NCBI GenBank assembly: GCA_037379345.1
Contig: CM074511.1
Span: 1,550,001-1,614,000 of the forward strand
From: Perna viridis
Lineage: Eukaryota
Direction: 5' to 3'
Length of the DNA: 64,000 nt
Notes under the pieces: model-generated
Told to the model about the DNA's origin: nothing
Seen by the model: the letters and a program-made list of their open reading frames with translations, nothing else
The model's database searches: none
Translations under genes and position numbers: made by a program
Shown here: positions 14,136 through 26,040 of the stretch, in pieces
How positions within the stretch are numbered: the first letter of the stretch is position 1
Layout of the letters: each line of letters starts with the position of its first letter

Positions 14136-15629
14136 TTATAATTTTATACAAAAATAGAGGTTTACATATAAATATCACTACAAATTTATTTTTCAAGTAA
14201 AAGAGTTATAAATTCACATACTTAATATGAATTACTTTATCTAAATGAAACATTTCATAGAACCAAAATTGGATATAAAATTATAAAGTTTTGAAAATTT
14301 GGATTCTAATCATGAAATTGTCAATCGTTTATTTATTTGTTTATTTGCCAACCAGTTTGACACTTAATGATATGCAAATTAGTGAATATGACATCACTAA
14401 TGAGATTGGCGAACTCTCCTATACTTCTAATTAAATCAACACAATGATTTTAGGAAATTTAGCGAGCGCGACGAAGCGGTGTGAGCTCTACCGTTATTAC
14501 ATGTACTTTCTAAATTTCCCTTAAGGTTCCCCAATATACTAACGAAAAAAAATCATGTCCTGGAAGTAACAAAAAGTGACTGTCCTTACAAAGAAAACTC
14601 ATCATTTCCTTCAGTCAAACAAATAAAAAAATACAGGTTAAGATTACATTTCAGTAAAAATGAATTCCTCTTTTCTGATAGTTTTCAAGTCTTTTTTTGT
14701 AATTTGTTTTACTTATTTAAAGAAGTGAATGTTATGTTTATATATGTAAAATCTTCGGGAAACATGTGAATGTACGTACGCATATCTCCGCTGTTCCACT
14801 GTTGCTGTTGTCAAGAACCTAACCCGCCTCGGAAAAAATATAACTCCGGTTATATTATCAAAATCGAAGCATAGATTTTCTAAGATAGGAAAGGCAATCA
14901 TTTTCTTGTTTGGAATTTGCAGACAGTCTTCTGAATATTGTTTACGTCACATGATATGTGTAAAATATTCCCATCATCCGCCGAGAACTGTAATATTTCC
15001 GGTATCTGTACAGATTGATCTGACAGGCCAAAATTATATAGATGTTGCTAGAGATGCCCTTAAGGGATTAAAAATGTAAAGCATTGCGAAGTGCTATAAA
15101 GTTATTGACCATTTTCAGAGCGAGGGGAAGGGGTATGGGGTTTGAATTTTGTGGGGAAAATTGTTCAAGTTATGCATTTATTGAAAAAAAAAACTCCCCC
15201 ATTAATTAACAAGACAGATTTTTAAATAAAAGTATTGCACTTGCGAAGCTAAAATTTTCATCCAGGTCGACCCCCTTCTTTGTAATTTCCTTTGTTATTT
15301 TTACGAGTCTTGCACAGACCGTACATGTGCAGTATGGTAAAGCTCACGGTGCTCGTTGATTTAGGCAGTGCCTATCCCATATAACATTCAAACTCCATAT
15401 TTATACAATTAATGAAATTAATGAGACTTGTCACAGCAAATCCATGTTATATATATGTCTCAGAATGTGACAACTCTTTTCGCTACAATGCTCAATCAGA
15501 TCAAATTGATACAGGGAAGACATTGTAAGCATAGAAGGGTCAGAAAAATTTCCAAACATGTCAGAACTGTCAAATTTTTAAAGCAAATTTTACTATACTA
15601 AAGCATTCACATAGATGAGTCTATCAAAA

Positions 15630-18600
15630 CTATTGTTCTTTTTGGATCTGAATCAGTCCTGTTGTGGCGACTAGGTCTGACTGTGTGGCGACATTAGCTT
15701 CTTTCGTTTAGCTGTATTGTATGGCTGAAGCCAGGCAAGTGCTCGTGGTATCCAGGTCTTTGATAGTTCAATCATCTTTTGGCTGTTATCATTCAACTCT
15801 TTCTCAACTAATGTTTAGGCATCAGAGTTGTCTTAGTAGCCTGTGTTGGAGTAGAGACTTCAGTAACATTCATGGTACAATGTAGCTGGTTGACTGTGGC
15901 TAATTGTAGGTGATGGCGGGGGACTGTGGATTGATTGGACTCTGGGGCATCTGTGGTAATGTAGTCACTGAAGGAGCAGGGGTATTCATAACTATTTTTT
16001 AAGGAAGTTTCAGTAAATACTGTTAAGTGGTGTGTTGGCAGTTACAGAGAGTAACTTTTCCTTTGCCATCCACACAGATAACTTGCTGGTGGTGCTGTCG
16101 TACCTCAACAGCCGTTCCAGTGCATTACCATCTCTTGGGATGGTTACCCATTTGGTTCTGGATGTAGACATGATCTCCAACTTGAATGGGTGGGAGGCGA
16201 TGTATGTGTTCATTTGAACATTCATGTTCTCTTGAATGATGTTTCGCAAGAGTCATTTCACTATGAGACATCATCTCTTTCCATGTTTCGTGAGGTGAAT
16301 ATCTACACATCAGTATAGAAATAGTGTCACATATTGGTCGTCCAAACAAAATCAGAGCTGGGGATGCTTTCGTCTCTGGATCTATTGAATTTCTGTGATC
16401 AGTAATTCCCTTTGGAATTTATCAACATCCAGTGAAACAGTTGCAGATATATTGTCCCATAAGAATTACACCATCAACAGTACACAGACTTGTGACAAAG
16501 TGGTGAAATGGGTGCAGATCCATTGTTAGCATTTTGCAATCTTCAGGAAAGCCATTTTCTATCAGTCTAATGAGATTCACAAATATTGGGTCTGAAGTTG
16601 TGGTCCCATGTAACAACTGTGAAATTGGCATTCAAGGCAGTTGTTGTGACAGAGACTGTGGATATGTAATCAGCTACCAGGCAGTTTCCACCCATCATTA
16701 CAACAGGCTAAGGTCTTACCAGCACACTTGCAGTACTTCTGCATCAACATTAATCCTGTTATCGACAGACCAGTCTATAGCCAAGCATGCCATACTCTTA
16801 GGATCAAACAGGCAGACCTCTGCCTTCATCTGTCCAATGGAATGTAGTTGAAGGTTTCAACATAGCATGAAATGGTTTCATTTGTTTTGTCATGGCGAAT
16901 GCATATGCTCCCTGGTTAATTAGCCCAAACCAAGCTCTTGCACCAGTGATATCAGTTGGTGTTGGGAAGTTGCATATGGCATCAAGAAATTTGATACTTG
17001 GTTGTAAGTTGAGGTAATTGTGAGCCCTACAAAATCAACAATGTCTTTGGCTTGGAACTTGTTTGGATTCTGTGTAATCTTATTATAAGGTCACAGGTCT
17101 AGCCATTCACATGCTTGAAAAAATGCTGCTTCAGTGGAATTTGCCCACATACATGTGTCATCCAAGCATTTCACCTTATCTTTGAAATCTGTTATAAATG
17201 TAACAGTATCAAGTCATTTGTTGTAGACATTTCCACTGACCTTGAATCCTTGTAGAGCCTTTTTGTACATGTAACGGCCCCAGGTGGTAATAAATGTTGC
17301 AAAGTGGCGTTCTTCTTCCCTAACAGGAACTGAGTCATATCCATTCCAGGCATCTATGTCTGTTTTTTTTTCATACCTTGAGGGGCCTTGTCTGCAAGGT
17401 GAAAAGGGCTTGGGATGTAATGGGTCTGGCGCAGTTTAGTGGTTTCAAGTCTAGTCCGCCTTAGTGTGCCATCAGCTTTTCTTATTACCACCAAGTTGTA
17501 GGTGTATTTTGACTGACTCTTTCCAGGACACCAATTGTAACATCCCTCTCCAGGTCAGGATAGACTTTATCATGATTGGCACAAGGGCTGGCTTGTGAAC
17601 TGCAACTGGTTTGGCTTTAGGATCAATATGGAGTTGGAGGGGCTCACACCATGAGTGGTAATAGTTGATATTCACAGACATTAAATGTTGTAGCACCATA
17701 GTAATCAAGAAACCATTCTTTCAATGTATCCACATTATCCTCTGTGGCCTTTATACCTGGAGGTACAATGTAAAGTTGTGGGAAGGGGAGGGTGTGTGGG
17801 TTGGTGTCGTTTGCAGGACCATGTAACTTTTCCTCTGAGTTCTCTTTAGCAGCAGTAATGTTTGAAGGTACTCCCAATATAACATTTGGGAAGTCTGCAT
17901 GGATAATTTCAAGAGAGGTGAGTGCCTCCCTGCAAATAAAGGCTCTTTTTATGGAATTAGAAACATAATTCAGTAGCCATGTTGATATGGCTTAGTTTGT
18001 ACCATCTTTAATTGTAATGTTTACAGCAACAGCTCCAATTACACCAAGGTCTTCTTTTATGGCCCCACATATGACAAGCTTCACTGGGATATCCCTTTCT
18101 TTTATTCCAAGGTTACTGGCTGTCTGTAGAGGTATGATTGAACTTTGGCACTCTGTGTCCTGCATAGGATGTCCAAAATATGCATGGTCCTTAGGTTGAG
18201 GTGTCATGCTGACCAAAAGCATTGGGTGGGGTTTCGAGGGTTGAGCTACCCACTGTCCATTAAAGACATGATGATCAAGACGTGCTGTTTGTTTATGCTG
18301 TTCAGATGTGATGCACAGTTGGTTGTAGACATACTTAACTCTGTCATGGTCTGTATCTCGATGTTGTTCTCTTGGTTGCCCCTGATTGTGGAGTTGCTGA
18401 CCTGGAGGCAGGCTCTTGAAGATGCATTATGGTGTCCCCAGGACCCACTGGTAGTACACTTGCTACTTGACTTGGTATAATGGCCTTTAACTTTGCATTT
18501 CGCACATGTGAATGTCCAGGCCTCACAACTTCATGATCTGGCCTTGTGATCATTCCTCTGTCCATGAGCAGGACCACCACATGGCCAACATTTTACTCCA

Positions 18601-19115
18601 GTTGTGTTTGTTTATGGTTCTGGCAAAGGCGGCACTGGCTGAATCTCCAACTGCACTCCTGGTAACTTTACCCTGTTCTTTCTATGTAATAAATGGCACT
18701 GTCTCTTCCAGTGTTCTGTCTGACTTTGGATCATCAAGCAGGTCTGACAAATTTCTGGATCTGCAATTCCTCCCACAAGGTTGTCCTTGATAATCTCATC
18801 ACTATAATTGAATGTATGGTTGCATACAGATTCTTTACACAAAGCTTGTACTGGCAGAGTGATGCCTGGCCTCTGAGACTGGCCTTATGCTTGACACAGG
18901 GGACTGTGTAATCCTGTTCAATTTAATGCGTTGTACTCTCACCTCTGACAGCCAATCTTTTTATTACATTAAGAAGATCTGGCTCTTTCATGCTGGCAAC
19001 ATTTATCTGAAGGCCACTCATGATGTATGTTCGAAGATTACCATCACAGCAATAAAATAGGGAAGTGGGTAGGACATTTTCTGCCATTACCATTCCTAAT
19101 TTATACATATTCCAC
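15630..19115 (-). mobile_element. Decayed Ty3/Gypsy LTR retrotransposon internal region (gag-PR-RT-partial RH/INT)
   Basis: Gag-like pieces (LLNVIKRLAVRGES, IIKDNLVGGIADPEI). RT DAWNGYDSVPVREEERHFATFITTWGRY...KCLDDTCMW at ~17360-17145. Integrase C-terminus HRNSIDPETKASPALILFGRPICD and LPPIQVGDHVYIQNQ. Domain order is Gypsy-type. Many stops and frameshifts; no LTRs recognised. Confidence 0.88.
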
Positions 19116-19156
19116 TTTCCCTTTCTTGTACATATACTAAAGAAAGGGAAAGTTTT

Positions 19157-19305
19157 TTGCTCATTTGCTTTTGTTACTTTGTATGTATGATTTCAGTTAC
19201 TTAATGTTCTTTGTTGTGTATGTCTGTTTTCCATGTCTGGTCTTTGTTCCTGGATTACATTCTTTTGATTACCGCTATAACCTTGGTTCCCTTGATTGCT
19301 CTTTA
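19157..19305 (+). mobile_element. Short 3'-terminal fragment of a Penelope-like (Naiad-type) element
   Basis: Near-identical reverse complement of 35738-35886, which is the 3' end of the RT relic at 35.7-36.45 kb. Confidence 0.78.
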
Positions 19306-20660
19306 TAATTGGAAAGTTAAAATACTCACATTTTTTTCATAAAGTTTTGATATCAAACATCCTGTATCATTTTACATTTGAATGTATTCCTGTAAGTTAA
19401 GGTAGTTATGAAGAAGGTGCGTCAATTTTCTGTTTAATTTCAAGTTCTTTTTGGTGGATCAGATATAAGTAAACTTTAATTTCTGTTAAGAGTAATAACA
19501 AAATCTCTGATAAACTCTAGGCAATTGTTGATTCTTTTTTTTTTCTGCAGCAGCACTGTTAATATACAGATTGGACAAGAATGGTGCCTTATTGGTTTCT
19601 ATAGCGTTTGACCTCCAAACCTACCAACAATGTTGTCAACCAAAAATTCCAACATCTTAATAACATAAAAAAACAGAGTAACCCTTGTTTGAATGAGTGT
19701 CCTTTTTTCACAAAATAAGCCTTTTCTCTAGCTAATACTGGACAAGCATATCTTCTACTGTTTTGTAAAGAAACATTGGTGAACATAATCATGCTGAACT
19801 GACTTATCATGTGGAAATAGTGTATAATATAGAAAAATCAGAAGTTTTTATACTATGTGTAGTACAAAAGGTAAAACTACCAGAAGAGAGACAGGTCGTT
19901 CGAATTTTTGAGAAGCAAGATTTGATTCATGCCGCTTGTAGAGTAGGCTTTATCACAGCAACTCTTGAGTTCATCCTTCACTGCTGTCAGTAGTGTAGTA
20001 AGGAGTTTGGGGAAGAGATTAGTTGTGCACTTGGTAGACCAAGCAATATATCTCTGTCTGTAATGACCTTTGTGTTGAAAAGTGTAGGTGTCCAATGAAA
20101 AGAAGAAAGAGCCATATTTTCATCACTTAAGGAATATCAAAGGAATTAAAACTGACACATGATTGGTAATTTTGTCTTCCTTTAGTATGTGTATTGTGCT
20201 GAGTGATTTAAAATATGTTTGATAGCCGAGTGTATTGTTAAGACAATATAGGGTATTTTGTACAGAAGTGCAGTAGTGAGGAGCTTTGTCTGCTGGCACA
20301 AAAACAAACTTGTCATGAAGATATGTTTAAATTTTTTAACCTGGGGATTGTAAAAAGATGAAGATTCTTGATTTTATTGACATTCTGAGGTGCTAAATTC
20401 CAGTGAGAAAAAAATGACTTATAGGACATTACTCAATTAGAAAGTGTCTCAGTTTTAGTTAATTTTGTTGCATATTCTTCACATGTGTCAATCAATGAAG
20501 TTTAGTTGATATGATAGGCTTTTTATAATAATTCCTTGCAATGAGTATTTTCAACTTTATTTATGTCACTAGTGATAACATGTCCAATAGGATTGAATTA
20601 CAAAGTGGTGTAGACACAATCAGGTAAAACACTATGGTTACTGGTACAAGCGATATATAG
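19306..20660 (-). mobile_element. Decayed Naiad-like Penelope retroelement (linker plus RT)
   Basis: Translated remnants: PDCVY...NPIGHVITSD (decayed CxC linker), LHDKFVFVPADKA, HKGHYRQRYIA.STKCTT, SGMNQILLLKNS, APFLSNLY, KELEIK, SKLYEK..FNFPI. Confidence 0.75.
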
Positions 20661-23600
20661 TGGGTTTATTTGTTATTGTTTTGGTTTTTTTTTTTTTTTT
20701 TTTTTTGAAAAGGGGGAGGGTTGATGTAAAAGGGATGACTTGAAAACATTTAAAAAGGTGTTCTGTGAGGGAAGCTTCTTTTCATTATGGATCTGTATTT
20801 TAGATATTCATACAGTATTTATTGACAATATATTTCAAAAGGGTGACGCATTATGGCTTATTAACTGATGGTACAGAAATGGGGTTCCTTTTTTACTTTA
20901 GGAAAAATGACAATACGAAATGAGAAGTCATCATGTTTGTTGTAAAGTTGGTCGTGAGATTTCCTAGTCCTAGTGCCTGTAGTGTCCTTTATCTCAAGTT
21001 CTTGCGATTACTGATCTGCCCTATGAAAAATTCAACTGAACCCAGGTTAAAAAATAAAACTTCTTCTAGAAGTTTTTGCCCTTGGAAGAAAAAATGTCCA
21101 TTTTCACAGACTTTGCCCTGTATTTCTGAGTTAAAAGTGTTTTATTATACCAATCATGGTCCGACAGTAACGTAACATTTATGATTCAATCCACTCATCC
21201 ATGTACATGTATATTATACACACAATGAGAATTGGTGTACAGTTATATTATAATAGCTAGTGTAAGAACCAGATAGGAAAATAAGTTACAATTCCTAAAT
21301 ATTGTTTTTCCTTATATTCATAAAATGAATTATGAGTTTTAGGTGAGGGATTCGAGCCTTCTGGGGTCTGTTTATTTAATTGATCTCACTCTCATTCATT
21401 TGCAATTACAAGCTATCACACAACATTTTTGAAATCAATGTAGGCTTATTGTACACAACTGCTTGTTAAGACTTGAGTGTTTTTAAATGCATTTTACATT
21501 AATTCTTAAAGAATTGAAAAAACTTGACATTTTTCTTTCAGAGAATAGATTAATTTAAAAAATGAGGAAACATTGAAATAAAAGCTAACAAATGGTTTGG
21601 GACATGCACACATACTGTGCTGTTTTAACAGGTAAAAAATAGTATATTGTAGAAAAGAACTAATTGCATTTTTTTTAATGTAAGAAATCTTACTGATTTT
21701 TATCAAAATTTTATTTCAGCTTTACTTCATGCATGTAAGATTAGAACCAAGAAGTTATATATATTTTAATACAGTATGTTGATTACAGTTACATTTAAAA
21801 ACAATGCATAATACTTTTGATCCTAAAAAGTTTTGAGTTATCCCCCCTTAACCATTTAAGACCATAATAAAAAGTAGAAAAAAATTATGGCTTTAAAATA
21901 TAAACCCATCTTAATCTTGAATTGTAAAAAAACAAAATTCAAATTGTTTATGCTGCAAATAATAACTTGTTCTTCATTTAATGATGGTAAAGATTTTGAT
22001 ATAATAAACAAGGCTACCAGAGTTATATCCCCTGGTATAAGAATTACACACTAATTGATTGTTGTTATTTTTTTTTTCAATTGAATAGTCTCCCTTTCAC
22101 CACACATCTTTCCAAATCACTCGATAAGTAAATGCAGAATATTTCACTTTGCAAGCAGGGGTTATCACTTTAAGTTAACAAACAGTTCTAGTTTCATGAA
22201 ATTCTTGGGAATATTTTATATGTTGAATTTAACTATAAACTTGAATTTCTTTTCACAAGTGCTCGTTGGTCCATTTTCAACATAAATTAAACTCTAAAGG
22301 TTCTTTGACATGTACTATAATCTACCACTGTATATTGGATTATAATAGAGAAATGTCTAATTGCAAATTTTAAAAGATCTTTGAACATTCATTCTGTGTC
22401 AGAAACTTGTGTGGGTCAAACATGTAGTAAGCAGGCAGATCCTGTGATATGGTTTGGGCAGCACAGAGTACATTATATCCCACCAGTTTTATTGTTTCAT
22501 TACAATGTTAAACTCATTATGGTGTCAGAAAAAAACAGGGATCTTTCTGTATCAATAGTGGATGACTCAGAATAAATGTTCAAAGATCTCTGATGAATCA
22601 GCCAAGTTATAAATGGACCAAAGAGTTATTTCCCTTTATTTCAAGGTGAAATAATGCTATGCAATTTATTTCATTGTTGCCATTTCAGTACATTAATGTG
22701 GTATCTAGTTGATGAAAATTATTAGAAAACACACACAGTCTCCCATGGATACACTTTTATTAGAAACTGTATCAAGCTTGGCAATACTTGTTCTGTAAAG
22801 GGTTTGACCTCTGTGGTCATATATAGCTATGCAGGGTATCAAACTTCCCCAAGCTGAAATTTAGGTTGTCCTTTGGAAAATACTTGTAGAAAAATAAATT
22901 AAATTTGGTTGTCCCCTGGGCAAGTATGATTTAATTTTTACTTGACTGAATGGTATTTTCACTTGTTCCAGGCAATAGGACAACCTTTAACATCATAGTC
23001 TGCTATGTAAAGCATTAGATTAACTTTAGTAATTACGGTATATTATTGACTGAAACAGTACATTTTTTTTGCCATACTCTGAGAAGCTTCTCAAGTTCTA
23101 TATTTAAATCACAAAACAAATTTTGTAAGAAACCAGAACAAATAGTAAATCATAACCTTGAATTAAAATAAATCAAGCTAAGAGATTGTATTTTAACATA
23201 ATCATTGCTGCATACAGTAGAAAATGATTATAGGAAACAATTACCCATCACTTATTGCAGACCTCTTTCTCTACTATTACACATCACAATTTTTTGATAG
23301 GATAAATAAAGACTCTTCCAAACAAGATTTAGTTGAAAAATTTATTAACACCTTTAGATATTTGGATATTTGGACAATACCTTGGCTCTAAATAATGATG
23401 ACTTCAGTATTTATACTAAAGATATACATCATGTAGAGCTGTCAATAATGGTTAACTTAACACTAAAATTTACAATAAAAGGGATGATTTTTCTTCCCTA
23501 TTGTCAACTATCCTTTACCATCATATGTTGTTTAAATATCACAATAAGTTCAGTTTGCTTGTATTTATAACAATGTTTCGGATTTTAATGAAAGGAATCT

Positions 23601-23882
23601 TTATCTAACCAAGGAACTACTACATCAAGGTTTTCGATATCACAAGCTTGTAAAAACATTCACAAAATTTTTCAACCAATACAAGGAAATCATTCTTGAA
23701 TACAGATGTACTTGTAAATGATTTATATGTGCTGGTATCTCTTACCCTTTGATTAATGTAATATTCTGCCCAAAACAAAGACATCTTGACACTCATCTAA
23801 TAAGTTAACTAAACCATTGAATAGAAATTTGTTGAATTCGTAAGAGATATAGTTATGATATTGATGTCAAATTGTTAAGGAT

Positions 23883-25358
23883 TTGCTCACCTGGTCAATA
23901 GGCCAGGTGAGCTATTGCCATCACTATGTGTTCTTGGTCTGTTGTCATCATCCGATAACTTTTTCAAACATCTCCTCTAAAACTACTTGATAGAATGTGA
24001 CAAAACTATGCATGTATATTCCTTGTGTGAGATTTTTTATCTGCTTAAAAACATTGCCCCCATTTCTAAAAATAGACCATAGGGGTCAAATTGCATACAA
24101 TTGGAAATAACTTGGTAAGGGTTGCATTTAGGTAGAACCTGTCTGGGGAAAATTGTTCAGCCTGATGGGATGGATCTATGCCAAAATATTTAGAAAGTTC
24201 AGTTGAATGATTAATTTATGGATCCTGAAATTGATTTTTTTCCTTAATTTTACATTTTCAACTTTGAGAATTTTCTCCTCTGAAAGTACTTGGTGGATTG
24301 AAACAAACCTTAGTCTGAATGTTATTTAGAACATCTTTAACAATCTGTAGGTGGACATTTTTGATTTTGTGAAAATATGGCCCCCGTTACTAAATATAGA
24401 CCATAGGGGTCAAATTACAGTATTTTGCACATAACTCAAAAGAAGTAAAATTGTTCAGCATGATGGGTTGGACCCATGCCAAAATTTTCAGAAAGTCCCA
24501 TTGATGGAAGAATTAGTTGAGTCCTGTAATGGATTTTTTTTACTGAATTTTACATTTCCATCTTTGAAAAACTTCTCCTCTGAAATAAGTGGATGAATTG
24601 AAACAAAACTTAGCATAAATGTTCCGTAGAATATCATTTACAATCTGGATAGGGATTTTTTTTCTTGCGAAAAAAACATGGCCATTATTACTAAAAATAG
24701 AAATAGGAGTCAAATTGTAGAATTTTGCATTTAACTCAAAAAAACAACTGGATTTGGCTTAAATCTGACAAGGAGTAAAATTGTTCAGTGTGATAAGTTG
24801 GACTTGTGCTGAAATTTTCAGAAAGATCCATTGACAGATGAATGAGTTTTGGGTCATGAAATGGATTTTTTTCCAAAGTTTTTGTATTCCCAACTTAGAA
24901 AATCATCTCCAAAACTACTGGATGGAATGTAACCAAACTTGGCATGATTGTACCTTACAATATCTTTAACATTCTATGTGTGTGGATTTTTGCTGGTTAA
25001 AACCATGGCCAATGTTACTATAAATTGACCATAGGGGTCAAATTGAAGATTTATGAAAGTGACTCCTAAACAAATGAGTTGAGCTTAATTCTGACAGGGT
25101 AAAATTGATCTGTATGGTGAGACCAACCTATTCCAAAATTTTCATTAAGATTTGTTGACCAATGTTAGTCATTGCTCACGAAGAGTCAAAAAATGACTAT
25201 GAGAGGTTTATTTTTTAATATGAAAACCAGGTAAATAACTCTATTGATTAAATGATTCTTGTGACAATAGTACAGTAAGGTCAAGAGTCAAGCTTTAGAA
25301 TGCTAAAAAAACTACTTTTGACCAGATGAGCAGTTCAGGCTCTCTAGAGCCTCTAGTT
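23883..25358 (+). mobile_element. Helentron-associated interspersed element (HINE/DINE-1-like)
   Basis: 5' subTIR gctcacctgg with a nearby inverted copy ccaggtgagc. About four internal ~300-bp repeats (starts ~23971, 24273, 24572, 24904). 3' subTIR ccagatgagc and terminal hairpin aggctct-ct-agagcct. T-rich flanks. Confidence 0.82.
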
Positions 25359-25449
25359 TGGTATTAACATTGATTCATTCATAGGGTCTTTACATAGAAG
25401 TTCAAATACTATACCAGTATTTAATGGCAGTTTTTGGCATGACATGATT

Positions 25450-25540
25450 TGTGTCCTTATTGTATGACTTATGATGTACCATGGTTCTCAACCCCACATG
25501 GGAAGAATTGGTGTTGATTTTACATATGATGGAGATATAA
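25450..25540 (+). promoter_or_regulatory. SECIS-like (type II) hairpin in the retroelement 3' UTR
   Basis: ATGAT (25471-75); helix gtacca..gttct / agaat-tggtgt; unpaired AA (25490-91); apical ccc/ggg mini-stem; TGAT (25515-18); lower helix tgtatg/catatg. Confidence 0.62.
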
Positions 25541-25759
25541 CTTTTTGTAGGTTTGGTCTGGAGCTGGCATGTCAGTTAACTGCTAGTTTGTCCTTAGTTT
25601 GTATATCTGTAATTTATGTTAGTTTATTTATTTCCATTGTAACAAGGACTCAGACCTTTTTGAACTGATTTTTAGGTGTGTTTAATTGTGTAATTGTGTA
25701 ATATTTTTTTTCCACAGGGGCCAAAATTTAATGGGGGGAAGGTTGTGATCATGCCAAAG

Positions 25760-26040
25760 TACTTTAACCCAGCCCCATTGTTTGCACTTGTCCAGAGTCT
25801 CTGGCTTCTGTATGTCTTGTTTTGTTTTCACCATTAGTTATTTTTTATGTTACTTGAATATATATGGGCAACTCTACCTGTACCTTTGCATAATGTTGTT
25901 ATAGGGCCAGCAGCAGCCTGCACTGTGGTGTGAGGGTTTCTTTGTGGTTCATTGAAGACTAATGGGTGGCCTTGGGCTGACATTTTTATCCCGATGGTGT
26001 TGTTTTCTCTTTGACATATTCACTATACCTATTCTCATTT
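25760..26040 (+). repeat. Dispersed repeat (second copy at ~31595-31855)
   Basis: Shared blocks ttgcac.tgtcc, ctggc..ctgtatgtcttg, catt.aagac..atgggtggccttg.gctgacattt and tctttgaca. Confidence 0.65.

Larger units (their letters stand above)
23220..25680 (+). mobile_element. Decayed Naiad-like Penelope retroelement (RT C-half plus 3' UTR), interrupted by a HINE
   Basis: SLIADLFLYYY...KFINTFRYLD, LALNNDDFSIYTKDIHHVEL and DFNERNLYLTKELLHQGFRYHKLVKTFTKF. After the HINE (from 25359) it resumes with GINIDSFIGSLHR, followed by the 3' UTR. Confidence 0.78.

Noticed and set aside
13387-14420. Possible DNA transposon around the SINE (gagagttc / gaactctc ends)
   Set aside because: The inverted match is short and degenerate, and no TSD could be established.
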